Part shown: positions 37,540 through 48,169 of the stretch, piece by piece
How positions within the stretch are numbered: position 1 is the first letter of the stretch
Layout: every line of letters begins with the position of its first letter
Source: Harriotta raleighana
Lineage: Eukaryota
Assembly: GCA_050575255.1 (NCBI GenBank)
Contig: JBNZDD010013458.1
Span: forward strand, 376,432 to 440,431
Reading direction: 5' to 3'
Length of the DNA: 64,000 bases
The notes under the pieces: generated by a model
What the model was told of the DNA's origin: nothing
Seen by the model: only the letters and a program-made list of their open reading frames with translations
Database searches by the model: none
Position numbers and translations under genes: made by a program

Positions 37540-38935
37540 TCTAACAGAGATCTTCAAATTTCTGAACTTTTGAGAGGATTTGTGAAAGATTATTCTGCAA
37601 TGAGTAGGTATGATCTCAGGATTGTGGCTGGAAGAGATAAGGAAGAGGTTAGAAGCAACTCTTTCATGCTGATAGTTACCATTATATGGAATGCTTTGTC
37701 ACAAATAGCTTCAGAGTTTGATAACTTTTCAATCAATCAATCAATCCAAATTACATTTATATAGCGACTTTCAAGTCGGGAGGATGTCTCAAGGCACTGT
37801 ACAGTTAAGTAGGGATCAGAGCGTGGTGGGGAGGGGGAAGGAAAGTAAGAAAAAATGGATTGTATATTTGTGGGCGAAACACGGCAGCCAAATTGTGCAC
37901 AGCAGTGTCCCACAAAAGTCATGGAATTGGGGTTAGGGAGAAAGGGGGGAAAAATGGCAAGAGAAGGGGTCGGGGTAGGAGAGCAGGAAAAACTAACTGT
38001 ATATTTGTCGGCGAAACGCGGCAGCCAAATTGCGCACAGCAGTGTCCCACAAACAGTCGTGGAAGTAGGGCCGCGGGAGAAAGGGGGAAAAGAGGGTAAG
38101 GGGGGAGACGGAGGGAAACGCGGGGTGGGATAAAATAAGAGAGGAAAAGGGGTGAAGAAAGGGGGAAGGGGGAAGTCAGGGAGGAAAAGGAGGAAGAAAG
38201 GGGCGCAAGAGGGAGGGAAAGATGAGATTTTTGGCTTTGCCCATATAGATATATTATTCCAGCTGTGCTTGAATGAATGAGTAAGTGAGTGACACAGTAC
38301 GACAAATTTCAACTCTACTTATAAAGGTGGGTGGGGGGCAAAATCAGGAAGAAATGGGGAGAAAGTAAGGTAAGAGGGAAGAGGGGGTAAGAGGGGGGAA
38401 GGAGGGAAGAAGAAGAAAAGGAGGGGGAAAGGTCAGGGGGCAGGGGCACCAAACAACAGAAACAAACCACAACATTAACAACAATAAACAAAAAAAAGCA
38501 ACAGCAACAACAATCAACAACATTCCAGCAACCACTCCCTGTCCTCGCCGCCCGCCTGGACAATATTGAAAAAGGCGGGATCCAGGCCCATGTAATGAAA
38601 GGCCCCAAAATCGACCGGCTCCTCAGCTGGTGACCAGGTGAATTCGATGAGGGCTCTGGTACCTCGGATATGGCATGTCTGGCCAGTTCATCTGCAGCAA
38701 CAGCTCGACCGCCGTCGGGATCTCCTGCAACGAGATGGTCTCCCGTGATGAGATGGTCCACTTTAGATCTTAGCAACATTTAAAAAGGATTTGGATCAAC
38801 ATTTGTAGGAGAATATAAAAAATGTACAAGGAAAGAGCAGGGTCTTGGGATTAGAGTAACTGTTGTTAGTGGAGGAGCTAGAAACATATTAAGCTGAAGG
38901 GCCTCAGGGCCTCTTCCTCTGATGTGATTCCTATG
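37540..38935 (+). mobile_element. Old CR1 3' end, interrupted at about 37729-38765
   Basis: EVRSNSF...VTIIWNAL left of the insert; TFKKDLD and 3'UTR GGAAAGAGCAGGG...GCTGAAGGGCCT right of it. Confidence 0.65.
37729..38765 (-). mobile_element. Composite retroelement: L1-like ORF2 C-terminus, pyrimidine-rich 3'UTR with two Deu cores, L2-type tail with (TTGA)n
   Basis: Frameshifted RETISL..PTAV..EL...E...ILGPFITW on - strand at about 38590-38760; Deu cores at about 37856-37925 and 37996-38063; tail CGCTATATAAATGTAATTTGGATTGATTGA. Confidence 0.6.
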
Positions 38936-39714
38936 AGAGTGAATAAATCCATAGTTGTCTCAGGCTTAGAGCACATTTGTGATAGAAATATTTAAAAATC
39001 AGACTCAAGAGCTTGGATGATTTATTTGAATACGTAACAATGATTCTTGAAATAAGGACTAAAAAAAGAAATGTGTGGAATGCAGCATTGAAAGTAATAT
39101 GTGAAAGAGTTAGTGTGAGCAATCAACGAGACGAAGTTCTAGTCCAAAATGGCTTGCCAAACTCACTCTCCATATATCATGCCCATATTTGCAATGTGGA
39201 GATTTTTGGCTTTGCCCATATAGATGTATTATTCCAGCTGCGTTTGAATGAATGAGTAAGTGAGTGACACAGTACGACAAATTCCATCTCTACTTATTTT
39301 ACAAAAGATTTCAACAATTCTGCTCAATAAATCGACTATACTTGGTTTGCCCTCACCATCATTTCACAAAATGTATTCATTTAAATCCACAGGATACTGT
39401 ATATTGTATAAATTGGTTATGAGCAACAATTAAAAAATGTTAATTACAATGAAAATCAGCTTGCTGGTAATTAACTTAGACAATGTTGTGAAAAGCGTGA
39501 CATACTCACTGAGAATGCTGTGTTGGAATTCTTTCACCTATACTGTGTTATCATCACTTCTTTCTTCATAAATACTGTGTCCCATAGTGTGGTGACATGT
39601 GGTCATTAGTATACAAAGCAATCAGGAAATCAGGAAATCAATCTAACAGGGATCAAATCTGTAATAAAGTGAAAAAAATTGAGTTTATCCTAATTTGATA
39701 TACCATCTATAACA

Positions 39715-40045
39715 ATAAGCATTTACATCACAGAAGGTTAATCAGCCCTTCCTTTTCTGTGTTGTCTCTTTGAGAGAGCAATTCATTCAGTTGAATTAAC
39801 CTTCCTTTTTCACCCAGTCCCTGCAAATTACTCCTTTATCGACGTATATCTAGCTCCCTTGAAAATATGGATTCTGCCCCAACCACCATACCAGGCAGTA
39901 CATTCCATATCCCAATAACTTTCTATGCAAAGAATTATCCTCCTATATTCCCCCTTTCCTCTTATACTAATGAAGTGATAGTCTCTGTCACATTGACCAG
40001 TGCAAATGTTTTCTCACTATTGACTCTAAAAATAATCTCTGAATT
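39715..40045 (-). mobile_element. Highly decayed CR1 3' fragment
   Basis: CCAACCACCATACCAGGCAGTACATTCCATATCCCAATAAC is the reverse of the IWN.LP region. Confidence 0.55.
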
Positions 40046-40360
40046 TAGAAGACCTTCACCATGCCTCACCTGGTTTAACCTGTACGATGTATGTCTGCCA
40101 TGTGAGAGATTAAGCAGGGGAGAGGATGCTTTATGCTGTCATCTTACTGTAGCTTTTGCACCAAATACCTGTGTTTGTCACAGCAAGACTGGTTTGAGTA
40201 TAAATATAACTGATGCAAATCAATTTCAGCTCTGCTACCAAATTAATTCCAGCTCTCCTTTAAAGGTTCATATTTACAAAAGGACATTTGCCCATTTGAC
40301 AAAGTGTGACTGTGTTTCTTTAGCATAGTCCCTTCTAATTTTTCATAATTTCTTCTGCAG

Positions 40361-40471
40361 TTACCGGACACTGTGGTGGACCCACATGACACCTGGCTTC
40401 TTTTTGTGGAACATTCAGAGAAAGGGGTTAACGACAGGAGGAGAAACAAGGGAAAAATTAGAAAAACACAG
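40361..40471 (+). CDS. ERFE: ERFE coding exon 2
   Basis: TTCTGCAG acceptor; LPDTVVDPHDTWLLFVEHSEKGVNDRRRNKGKIRKTQ aligns with human [26 protein letters not shown]; donor CAG|GTAATT. Confidence 0.93.
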
Positions 40472-40907
40472 GTAATTTATCCACGAAGATTGGTGTGCAG
40501 GAGGTTCACTCTTCCAATTTTTTTTGTGGCACTCTTGCATTAAATTCTATTCTGTTGACACGACCTATATTAAACTGAGGCAGATGTAGTTTTGCCAGAT
40601 ATAAAAAGCCTCACCATGAGAAAGCACCTTGTGAGGGACGATATCAGTGAAAGAGGCCTTGAATGTTGATGGGGGATATGTTGGAAGGGAAGATAAGTGG
40701 AAGCAATAACAGGGCAACCCAAGAGAGTTCATTGTGAAAGCCCAATGCTGCAAACCAAAAGGTCCAGCTCATCTACTGTGGCATTCATAATAGCCTTTGG
40801 GAGTTGAAATTTGACCCAAAATTCTAAATCAACACCATCATTGTAAATGGAACCAGCGAGCTCAGAAACTTGCTTTAACCTCCTTCATTATTGTTTGTAC
40901 TTTCCAG

Positions 40908-41019
40908 CATGGACTTCCAGGGCCAGCTGGCCCTCCAGGACCCCAGGGACCACCAGGGCCACCCGGTGCTGTGGTCACAAAGGAAGCGTTGCTCCAGGAA
41001 TTCAAAGAGATGGTGAAAG
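40908..41019 (+). CDS. ERFE: ERFE coding exon 3 (collagen-like)
   Basis: [37 protein letters not shown]; TTTCCAG acceptor; G|GTAAAG donor. Confidence 0.95.
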
Positions 41020-41469
41020 GTAAAGAACTGTTTGACATACAATATGAACTGTGCTAAAACGGGGGCTGGCAGAGTTTGAATTTGCAGCTAGTTTGAATTT
41101 GTAAACTTATTTGAAAAATACTTTCCCTCTCAATCATTTCTATATTTATTAAATGCTCTGAGACAACTTCACTTTGGAAAGAGCCATGAATCATAATCAC
41201 GGAATGCACTCCCAGCCTTTTCTGAACTCTGCAGCACTTATATCTTTGAGCACTTGTGCTCAGTTTCTACTGGAAGTGATGCAATGTCACTTCCAATTGT
41301 AAAAGGATTAAGCTAGAAGAGACTGATTTATATTTTCTGAAATTCCATTAGCTTTAGGGTGAAGATAGCTCTGTGTGTGCATCACTTGTTTGGAAGATTA
41401 ACCGGGATTTGTTTTGAACAATTGCTTCCCTTTCTCCTACCATCAGTCTGAGCTGATACTTCCAATGTA

Positions 41470-41845
41470 ATCTTTCAGATGAGATGTTAAACCAAGGTCC
41501 ACCTACCAACAACAACAACAACAACAACAACAAAATTGCATTTATAGAGCATCAGAAGGACATCCCATTCTGGTGGACACCTATTCTGGTGGACGTTATA
41601 GATCCCATCTCACAATTTGAAAAGAGAATAGAATTTCTCCTGGTTTTCTGTCAACAATTTTCCCAAATAAAATTTGTCATTCATTTCTTGGTTGTTTTCT
41701 GGGACTTTGCCACGCATTATTGTGCTGCTGCACTTGCCTACAGATACACAGTCACTACATTTTACAGTAATTCATGTGAAGCACTTTCAGAAGTCCTTCT
41801 GATGTGATAAGATGCTATACCAAATGTAAGGAGTATTATTATTAA
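41470..41845 (+). mobile_element. Ancient DeuSINE with a short (CAA)n L2-tail insertion
   Basis: CTTTCAGATGAGATGTTAAACCAAGG...GGTGGACGTTATAGATCCCAT...GAAAAGAG...CAGTCACTACA...GTGAAGCACTTT. Confidence 0.7.
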
Positions 41846-41877
41846 TACTCCTTGGGAGTACTCCTTGGAATACTCCG

Positions 41878-42195
41878 TGGAGCTCCAGTGGCTTAGTGGT
41901 TAGAGCACTCGCCTTACAAGCATGAGACTTGTGTTCGAATCCAAGCAGATCAGGGCGAAACCTTGTGCAAGTTTCCTTACTCCACACACCTAATAATAAT
42001 CCGTCCAAAAAAAAACAGCAATAAAATTGGTCATTTCAATCCATGACTGTTTGTGGGACGCTGCTGTGCGCAATTGGCAATTGGCTGCTGTGTTCCTCCC
42101 ACAAATATACAGTCAATTCACTTTACAGTATATTCTGTGAAGCGCTTTGGGACTTCGATAAGATGTGAAATGTAAGGATTATTATTATTATTATA
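41878..42195 (+). mobile_element. tRNA-derived SINE, full length
   Basis: GGAGCTCCAGTGGCTTAGTGGTTAGAGCAC...GTTCGAATCC...(ATT)n. Confidence 0.9.
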
Positions 42196-42360
42196 CAACA
42201 TAGATTTAAGATAGCCACAAGAAGATCTTAGAAACTGCCAAGCAACGTGATAGAGGCATTCTATTGTGGGTTGCAAGAGAGAAGCAGATACATATTTGAA
42301 GATGTATGGCAATACACAGGGTAGTGAGATTGAAAGTATAGCTTTCTCTGAGCACCAATA

Positions 42361-42964
42361 TTACTACTCCTCAATTAACATTGGGGATGTGTTCTTGAAA
42401 AGTGTGATTTTAACTGAAATGATTTGTAATGAAACCTAAATTACCATAGCCCTAATGATGTAAATAGAGGTTATGTTCCCTCGGTACATTTCTTGTCTAA
42501 CTATTCTTACACTAATATTAAATAAAGAGCAAAAACAACACTACTACTATTGAGAATTGAAATAAATGTTTAATAAATACCAATACACCAATTAGATAAT
42601 AATATGAGAAAACGTACTGGAGATGGTTGATGCGGTAGTGGGCAACAGTGAGTGGCGGGGGTGGAGTCATTCAGATGAGGCGGATGGCCATTTAATAAAC
42701 CTTCCAGTGTATGCTGAACTGTTTTTTTCTCTCTCCTGGTATAACTGCTTGTAGCAGATAAAGCCACTTGTTATTATCCTGTTGGTTGCTGACCTGCGTT
42801 CTTTGTTTTGGTCCCCACACAGCTGATTGCTAGCACGTGTTTGCGCACATTTTTTCTAAACTTTACGACAGTTGTAGTAAAATTACTGCATTTTGTGATT
42901 ATTTCATTAACAACACGTAATCTAAATAACGTACATTGGGACAACGTATACCGAGGAGTTCTAG
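42361..42964. mobile_element. Diverged Tigger-like MITE
   Basis: TA|TTACTACTCCTCAATTAAC ... GTATACCGAGGAGTTCTAG|TA; GGGGATGTGTTC subterminal motif. Confidence 0.55.
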
Positions 42965-43029
42965 TATAGACTTGATGAACTGAATTTTTTTTGTGTATCG
43001 TTTATGTATGTGAACATTTTATGTTTACG

Positions 43030-43295
43030 GGTTTGATTCTTGGCCAGGGCGAAACCTTGGGCAAGTTTCCTTACTCCACTTGCCTAATGATAATCCCTCA
43101 AAAAAAGAATAATAGTAATTTGATCACCCAATCTGCGACTATGTGAGGAGCACTGCTGTGTGCAATTGGCTGCTATTTTTCGCCCGTAAATACAGTATAC
43201 AGTCAATTCACTTTACAGTATATTCTGTAAAGCGCTTTGAGACGTCCAGAAGACATGAAAAGCTCTATATCAAATGCAATCATTATTATTATTAT
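43030..43295 (+). mobile_element. SINE ending about 50 bp upstream of ERFE exon 4
   Basis: CAGGGCGAAACCTTGGGCAAG...core...(ATT)n. Confidence 0.85.
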
Positions 43296-43342
43296 GCACT
43301 GTAAATTTCTGATTCTATGATTTCTATAAACTTTTTTTGTAG

Positions 43343-43545
43343 AAGTAGTTGAAGAAAGAAACAGATACACACTGCAAGAAAAGTGCCAGGAATGTTCCGG
43401 AATGGAGGAGAACTCGAGATTTCCTACTTCCCTACCTGGGACGCTGGGCCCATATCGCAGGCTGCAGGCTGGCTTCCACTGTAAGCTGAAGGATGACCTG
43501 GCCATGGACAGGAGGAGTGTGAGGGAGCTGCAGAATTTTCATATT
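43343..43545 (+). CDS. ERFE: ERFE coding exon 4
   Basis: TTTGTAG acceptor; ...KCQECSG...PYRRLQAGFHCKLKDDLAMDRRSVRELQNFHI; donor ATT|GTAAGT. Confidence 0.93.
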
Positions 43546-44537
43546 GTAAGTAGCTTTTCAGCCTGATATACTGACAAAATACATTCATCTCTTACTAATG
43601 TACCAGACAAGAAACCAGAGTATCTATGCAAAACATGACACCCCCAGTCCCCACCATCTCCCCTCCACACACAACACCCTTTCCCCTTTGGGCAGTGCAC
43701 TGTGTAAGACATTCTACTTTTACCTAATGGACTTGGTTCAAAACCCGATCCAGAAGTCCACATTGACTCCCGTCTGAGGTGAGAGACTTTTACCACTGAA
43801 CCTCCACCTATCTCAAGATATAGAGGCAATATCAACTATGTTCCAAACGCCTCTACTTCAGCATATTCTGGCACTAACCGGCAATCTTACTAAGAGAGGT
43901 GACAAGGATGGATAGGAGAGGAAATGGATAAATAATGTTTGCTCCAAACCAAGCACCAGCCTCCCAATAATAACTTGTAGCCCTCCTCCACTGGCACAGA
44001 TGGAGATGGTGTAGGTCCCAACTTGATACTGTTGGCTGGTCCTTTAGAGCATACAAAGGGGTCTATTATACACCGATTGCTAAATAAAGTAAAAAATATT
44101 TGCTTATAATGGTACATGATCTGTGCCCTCAACTTCTTATAAAAGAAATGATAATAATATTAGTTGCTATCGAAGGTAGGAATCTTTCAGGCTGGAGTAT
44201 TATCTGAGCTGGTATTGGCACTATATTGTATTGGGATTTTATATGCTCTGTGTTCAATCACCTTGGTTTATACTTATCCTGTGTAACTTTAATTCCTTCC
44301 ATAAATAGCTACCTTAAATTAACCGATGCTGCAAAAACGAATTGAATAATATTTTAAATTAAACATATACTACTATGTGGGAAAATGCTTTTGATCTATC
44401 ATCCTAGTCATTTTGTTTTCTTGCCTTAAGTCCCAGCATTGGAAATTAAAGCTACATCTAGATTTTTTTGTATAGAAAAGTGTGTACTTTCAGAAATTAG
44501 TAGAGTGAGTTACAAAATATCATGTGTTTCCTTTCAG

Positions 44538-44646
44538 CCTGAGAAAGACGGTGTATTTCTACGAGGAATTGGCCTGAATCTGACCAGTGGTCTGTACTTA
44601 GCCCCACTCACAGGATTCTATCAGTTCTCTGCCAACATCCATATCG
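44538..44646 (+). CDS. ERFE: ERFE coding exon 5 (C1q/TNF-like domain)
   Basis: PEKDGVFLRGIGLNLTSGLYLAPLTGFYQFSANIHI; CTTTCAG acceptor; G|GTAGGA donor. Confidence 0.95.
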
Positions 44647-44968
44647 GTAGGATATTGCGCATTAGAGGATCAATAAAGGAACCACTTGATGTATAGCCAA
44701 ATCTATGACAATTATTGGCAAAATTTTGCATTACAGTGATCACTAACCTAGTCCAAATTTCGTATATTCAAAGAATTTGTGGGTCACACTAGCTTTCAAT
44801 GAATAAAGTTGAATAAAAAGGTTTCATGTCACCGTATCCAAATTAAGGTATTGTGTCATGACATGTGTTTGATACATTAGTTGGTGTTGGATAGTGCTTG
44901 ATAAGACTGGTCAGAGGTTAAAAATTTGCTCTGGGTTACATCTTTACAGATAAATTCCCCTTTTTCAG

Positions 44969-45059
44969 AACACAGGGAAAACCAGAGAAGGCGACATACA
45001 CGACCTCACGATAACATCCGAGTACTTATCTGTATCGAATCTCTCTGTCAGAATAATGC
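44969..45059 (+). CDS. ERFE: ERFE coding exon 6
   Basis: HRENQRRRHTRPHDNIRVLICIESLCQNN; TTTTCAG acceptor; GC|GTAAGT donor. Confidence 0.95.
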
Positions 45060-45254
45060 GTAAGTAATGGTATTCATCTATTCCTGAACACAACCCTATA
45101 ACATGATGTGAGTAATCAGTTCATGATAATCAGGATCTATACCTAACTGGGAAAAAGCTAACCATAGTGGTCAAAGTAAGGACAGAACATATTCAAGAGA
45201 AGTTTGTAAGTTAGTATGTTACCAGCACAATGACAAAAGTTACAGTATTCAGTA

Positions 45255-45834
45255 CATCCAGGCTCGACTACCAAGCTTGTTGGCCTTCCCAATTCTTCCC
45301 TCCATAAGCTGCAGATCATTCAGAACTCTGTGGCCCGTGTCCTCTTCCGTTCCAAGCTCTGTGACCCCATCTCTCACATTCTCCACCGACTCCATTGGCT
45401 CCCCATCACCCAGAGGATTCAATTCAAGATCTTGGTCCTCACATTCAAAGCCCTCTATGGCCTCGCCCCAACCCTACCTCTGCAATCTCCTAATCCCCTA
45501 CCAACCTACCCGCCATCTCCACTCAGCATGCCTGGTCTGCTCCATGATCCTCGACCTACCCGCTCCCCAATCGGCAGGCGAGCCTTCAGCTACGCAGCTC
45601 TTAAATTCTGGAATTCTATCCCACAGTCCCTCCGCCTCATCCCCTCCCTAGCCTCCTTCACATCCCACCTCAAGACGCTCCTCTTCGATGGTCCCATCGG
45701 TCACCCCAAATCCCCGCTTTTCCCTCCACCCTCCCCGATCCCGAACACAGCTCATGTCTGAATCATTGGCTGTCCCGCACCTTGGATCCTCCTCCCGACT
45801 TGAAAGTTGCTATTCTAATGTAATTTGTTGTTGT
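45255..45834 (+). mobile_element. L2 LINE 3' fragment
   Basis: LHRLHWLPITQRIQFKIL...GRRAFSYAALKFWNSIP...LKTLLF; (TTG)n tail. Confidence 0.9.
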
Positions 45835-46043
45835 ATTGTACTTGGAATTGGAATAACAAACTAGAACAAGTAGCCTTAAGACGGGAAAGATTTAAGAGAC
45901 AATGTTTGTAATGTACTTAGCCTCACAGAACAGACATAACTAAATGACAGATTTGGGATTGTAAACTGGCAAATTTAATCGTGACAACAATTTTTAGAGT
46001 GTTAAGCACTCTAAGGGAACAGCAGACAAACAAAATAATTGTT

Positions 46044-46860
46044 CAAGTGGCAGATGACATTTAATGTGGAGAAATGTGAGGTGATGCATTTTTGGAGGAG
46101 AAATGAGGGGAGGCAATATAGGCTAGGTAGTACAATTTTAAAAGATATGAAGGAACAGAGAGACCTGGGGGTTTGTGTAAGTGATTTTTTGAAGGTGGCA
46201 GGACAGGTAGACAAGGCCGTTAAAAAGCATACGGGATATTAGACTTTATAAATAGATGCATAGAGTACAAAAGTTAGGCAGTTCTGACTAACCTCTATAA
46301 CACTTTGGTTAGGCCTCAGCTAGAGTACTGTGTTCAATTCTGGTCTCCACACTTCAGGATGTTTAGGATGTTAAGGGTACAGAGGAGATTTATCAGGATG
46401 GTACCAGGAATAAGGAACTTCAGTTTTGAGGAAAGGCTAGAAAGGTTTGGTTTATTCTTGTTGGAGTAGAGAAGGTTACGAGGAGACCTAATAGAGATTT
46501 TCAAGATCATGAAGGGATTCGATGGGGTAAACAGGGAAAAACTGTTTCCACTGGTGGGTGTATCAGTGACTTAAGGTTCACAGATTGAAAATAGTTTCAA
46601 AAAGAAGCAGAGGGGCAGTAAAGAGAAATTTTTTCACTCAGTGAGTTGTTCGAATCTGGAATGCATTGCCTGAAAAGGTGGTGGAGGCCGATTCGATAAC
46701 AACTTTTAAAAGAGAGGTAGACATTTATTTGGGTGGATGGGTTTGCGTGGTTAAGGGGACAGAGCTGGGGAGTGGGATTGAGTTGTTCTTTTCAGAGCCG
46801 GCACAGACTCGATGGGCCGAATGGCCTCCTTTTGTGCCGTAAGATTCTATGATTTTATGA
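46044..46860 (+). mobile_element. CR1 LINE 3' fragment, degenerate
   Basis: WQMTFNVEKCEVMHF...; 3'UTR GATGGGCCGAATGGCCTCC; TTCTATGA tail. Confidence 0.92.
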
Positions 46861-47962
46861 AATGATATCAATTAGGCACAGATAAAAATACTTAGATTGG
46901 TAAGAGTTTAGGTCATTATTAAACTTCAAATAAGAGAACTAATAATAAGAGGTCTAATAATGCAGATGCAAACCAAAAGATATGGAGGGCTAAGTGTTTA
47001 TGAAAGAAAAAAACAAGAGATGACATAAAGGAAAAACAGCATAATAGCAAAGGTATAAACACAAGAGGAGCAAGAGACTAGCCAGAGATGCCTGGGACCA
47101 TTAAATTACGAAGAAGGTTTTGTGAAACAGAGGCAGAGATGCTTAACTAGTATGTTGTAGTTTTTTATAGACCAGGGTGACAGCAAGAGTAACAGCAAGG
47201 TGTAGAAGAACAACAATATAAAGGTATAAATGTACACCAGCAAAATCTAGTGACAGAAAATCATTCTTGTAGGACTTTTTAGTTTTATATCATTATCTTT
47301 CCTATTTGAGATATTCAGTCCTTTTCAAAAGGTCTAATTGGAATACTGTATTATCCTTCATTTGGACATCTTGTTCCAACATAAACTCCAGTTTGTATCT
47401 CAATCACTCCAAACATCATAGAATAGCCAGTGGCAGCGAGACCTTATCTCCAGCAATGATTCAAGAGAGGGAAGAACCTTGGAGGAAAAAGAAAAGATAT
47501 TTGAAATGATTCAAATGAGATCTGTTTACAGGATCTGTGCAGTTACTGTGTGCAGGTCATAATCTTTGCATCATCCTCACGTCCCTTTCAGTATCTGCAA
47601 CAAGAATTCAAACAAAGCTCAACTCTGTCTGATGATATAAAAAAAAGGACCCTTTCACCAGCTGTGGCCAGTCCTCCAGCCAATCCCTGCAGTTTGATGC
47701 TGTCTTGTCCAGACAAGCAGCAACTGGAACTCCAAGAATAGTCATTTCTACAATTGAACAGACTTTACCTTTCATTATATGCTGTACACAGCCATTATAT
47801 GGATAAAGGTTGATAACTCTTCCCTCTATAATATCAATCCTAGTTTATCTCAGAGTGAACTTCTGTTCAAGGAAAGCAAACACTGGGAACATGGAATCGA
47901 AGAGGGAAGAACAATTGCGCTTTCAAACATAAAATGTAGTAATTTCTTCTACTTTCCAACAG

Positions 47963-48041
47963 CTCCCTGGAAGCAGTCTATGGCCTGGATGGTAACAGCA
48001 ACATGTTCACTATGTTTGTCAGTGGTGCCCTCTATCTGCAG
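47963..48041 (+). CDS. ERFE: ERFE coding exon 7
   Basis: SLEAVYGLDGNSNMFTMFVSGALYLQ; CCAACAG acceptor; CAG|GTAAGA donor. Confidence 0.95.
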
Positions 48042-48169
48042 GTAAGAAACTCACTCACACAAACAGTGAAAGTTGTTCTTTTCCTCAGGAATTTACAGGA
48101 ATACACTGTAACATGTAATGATAGTGTATTTTGTAGGTAGCCATGAGGTTGTGTAGGACTAGAATCAAT

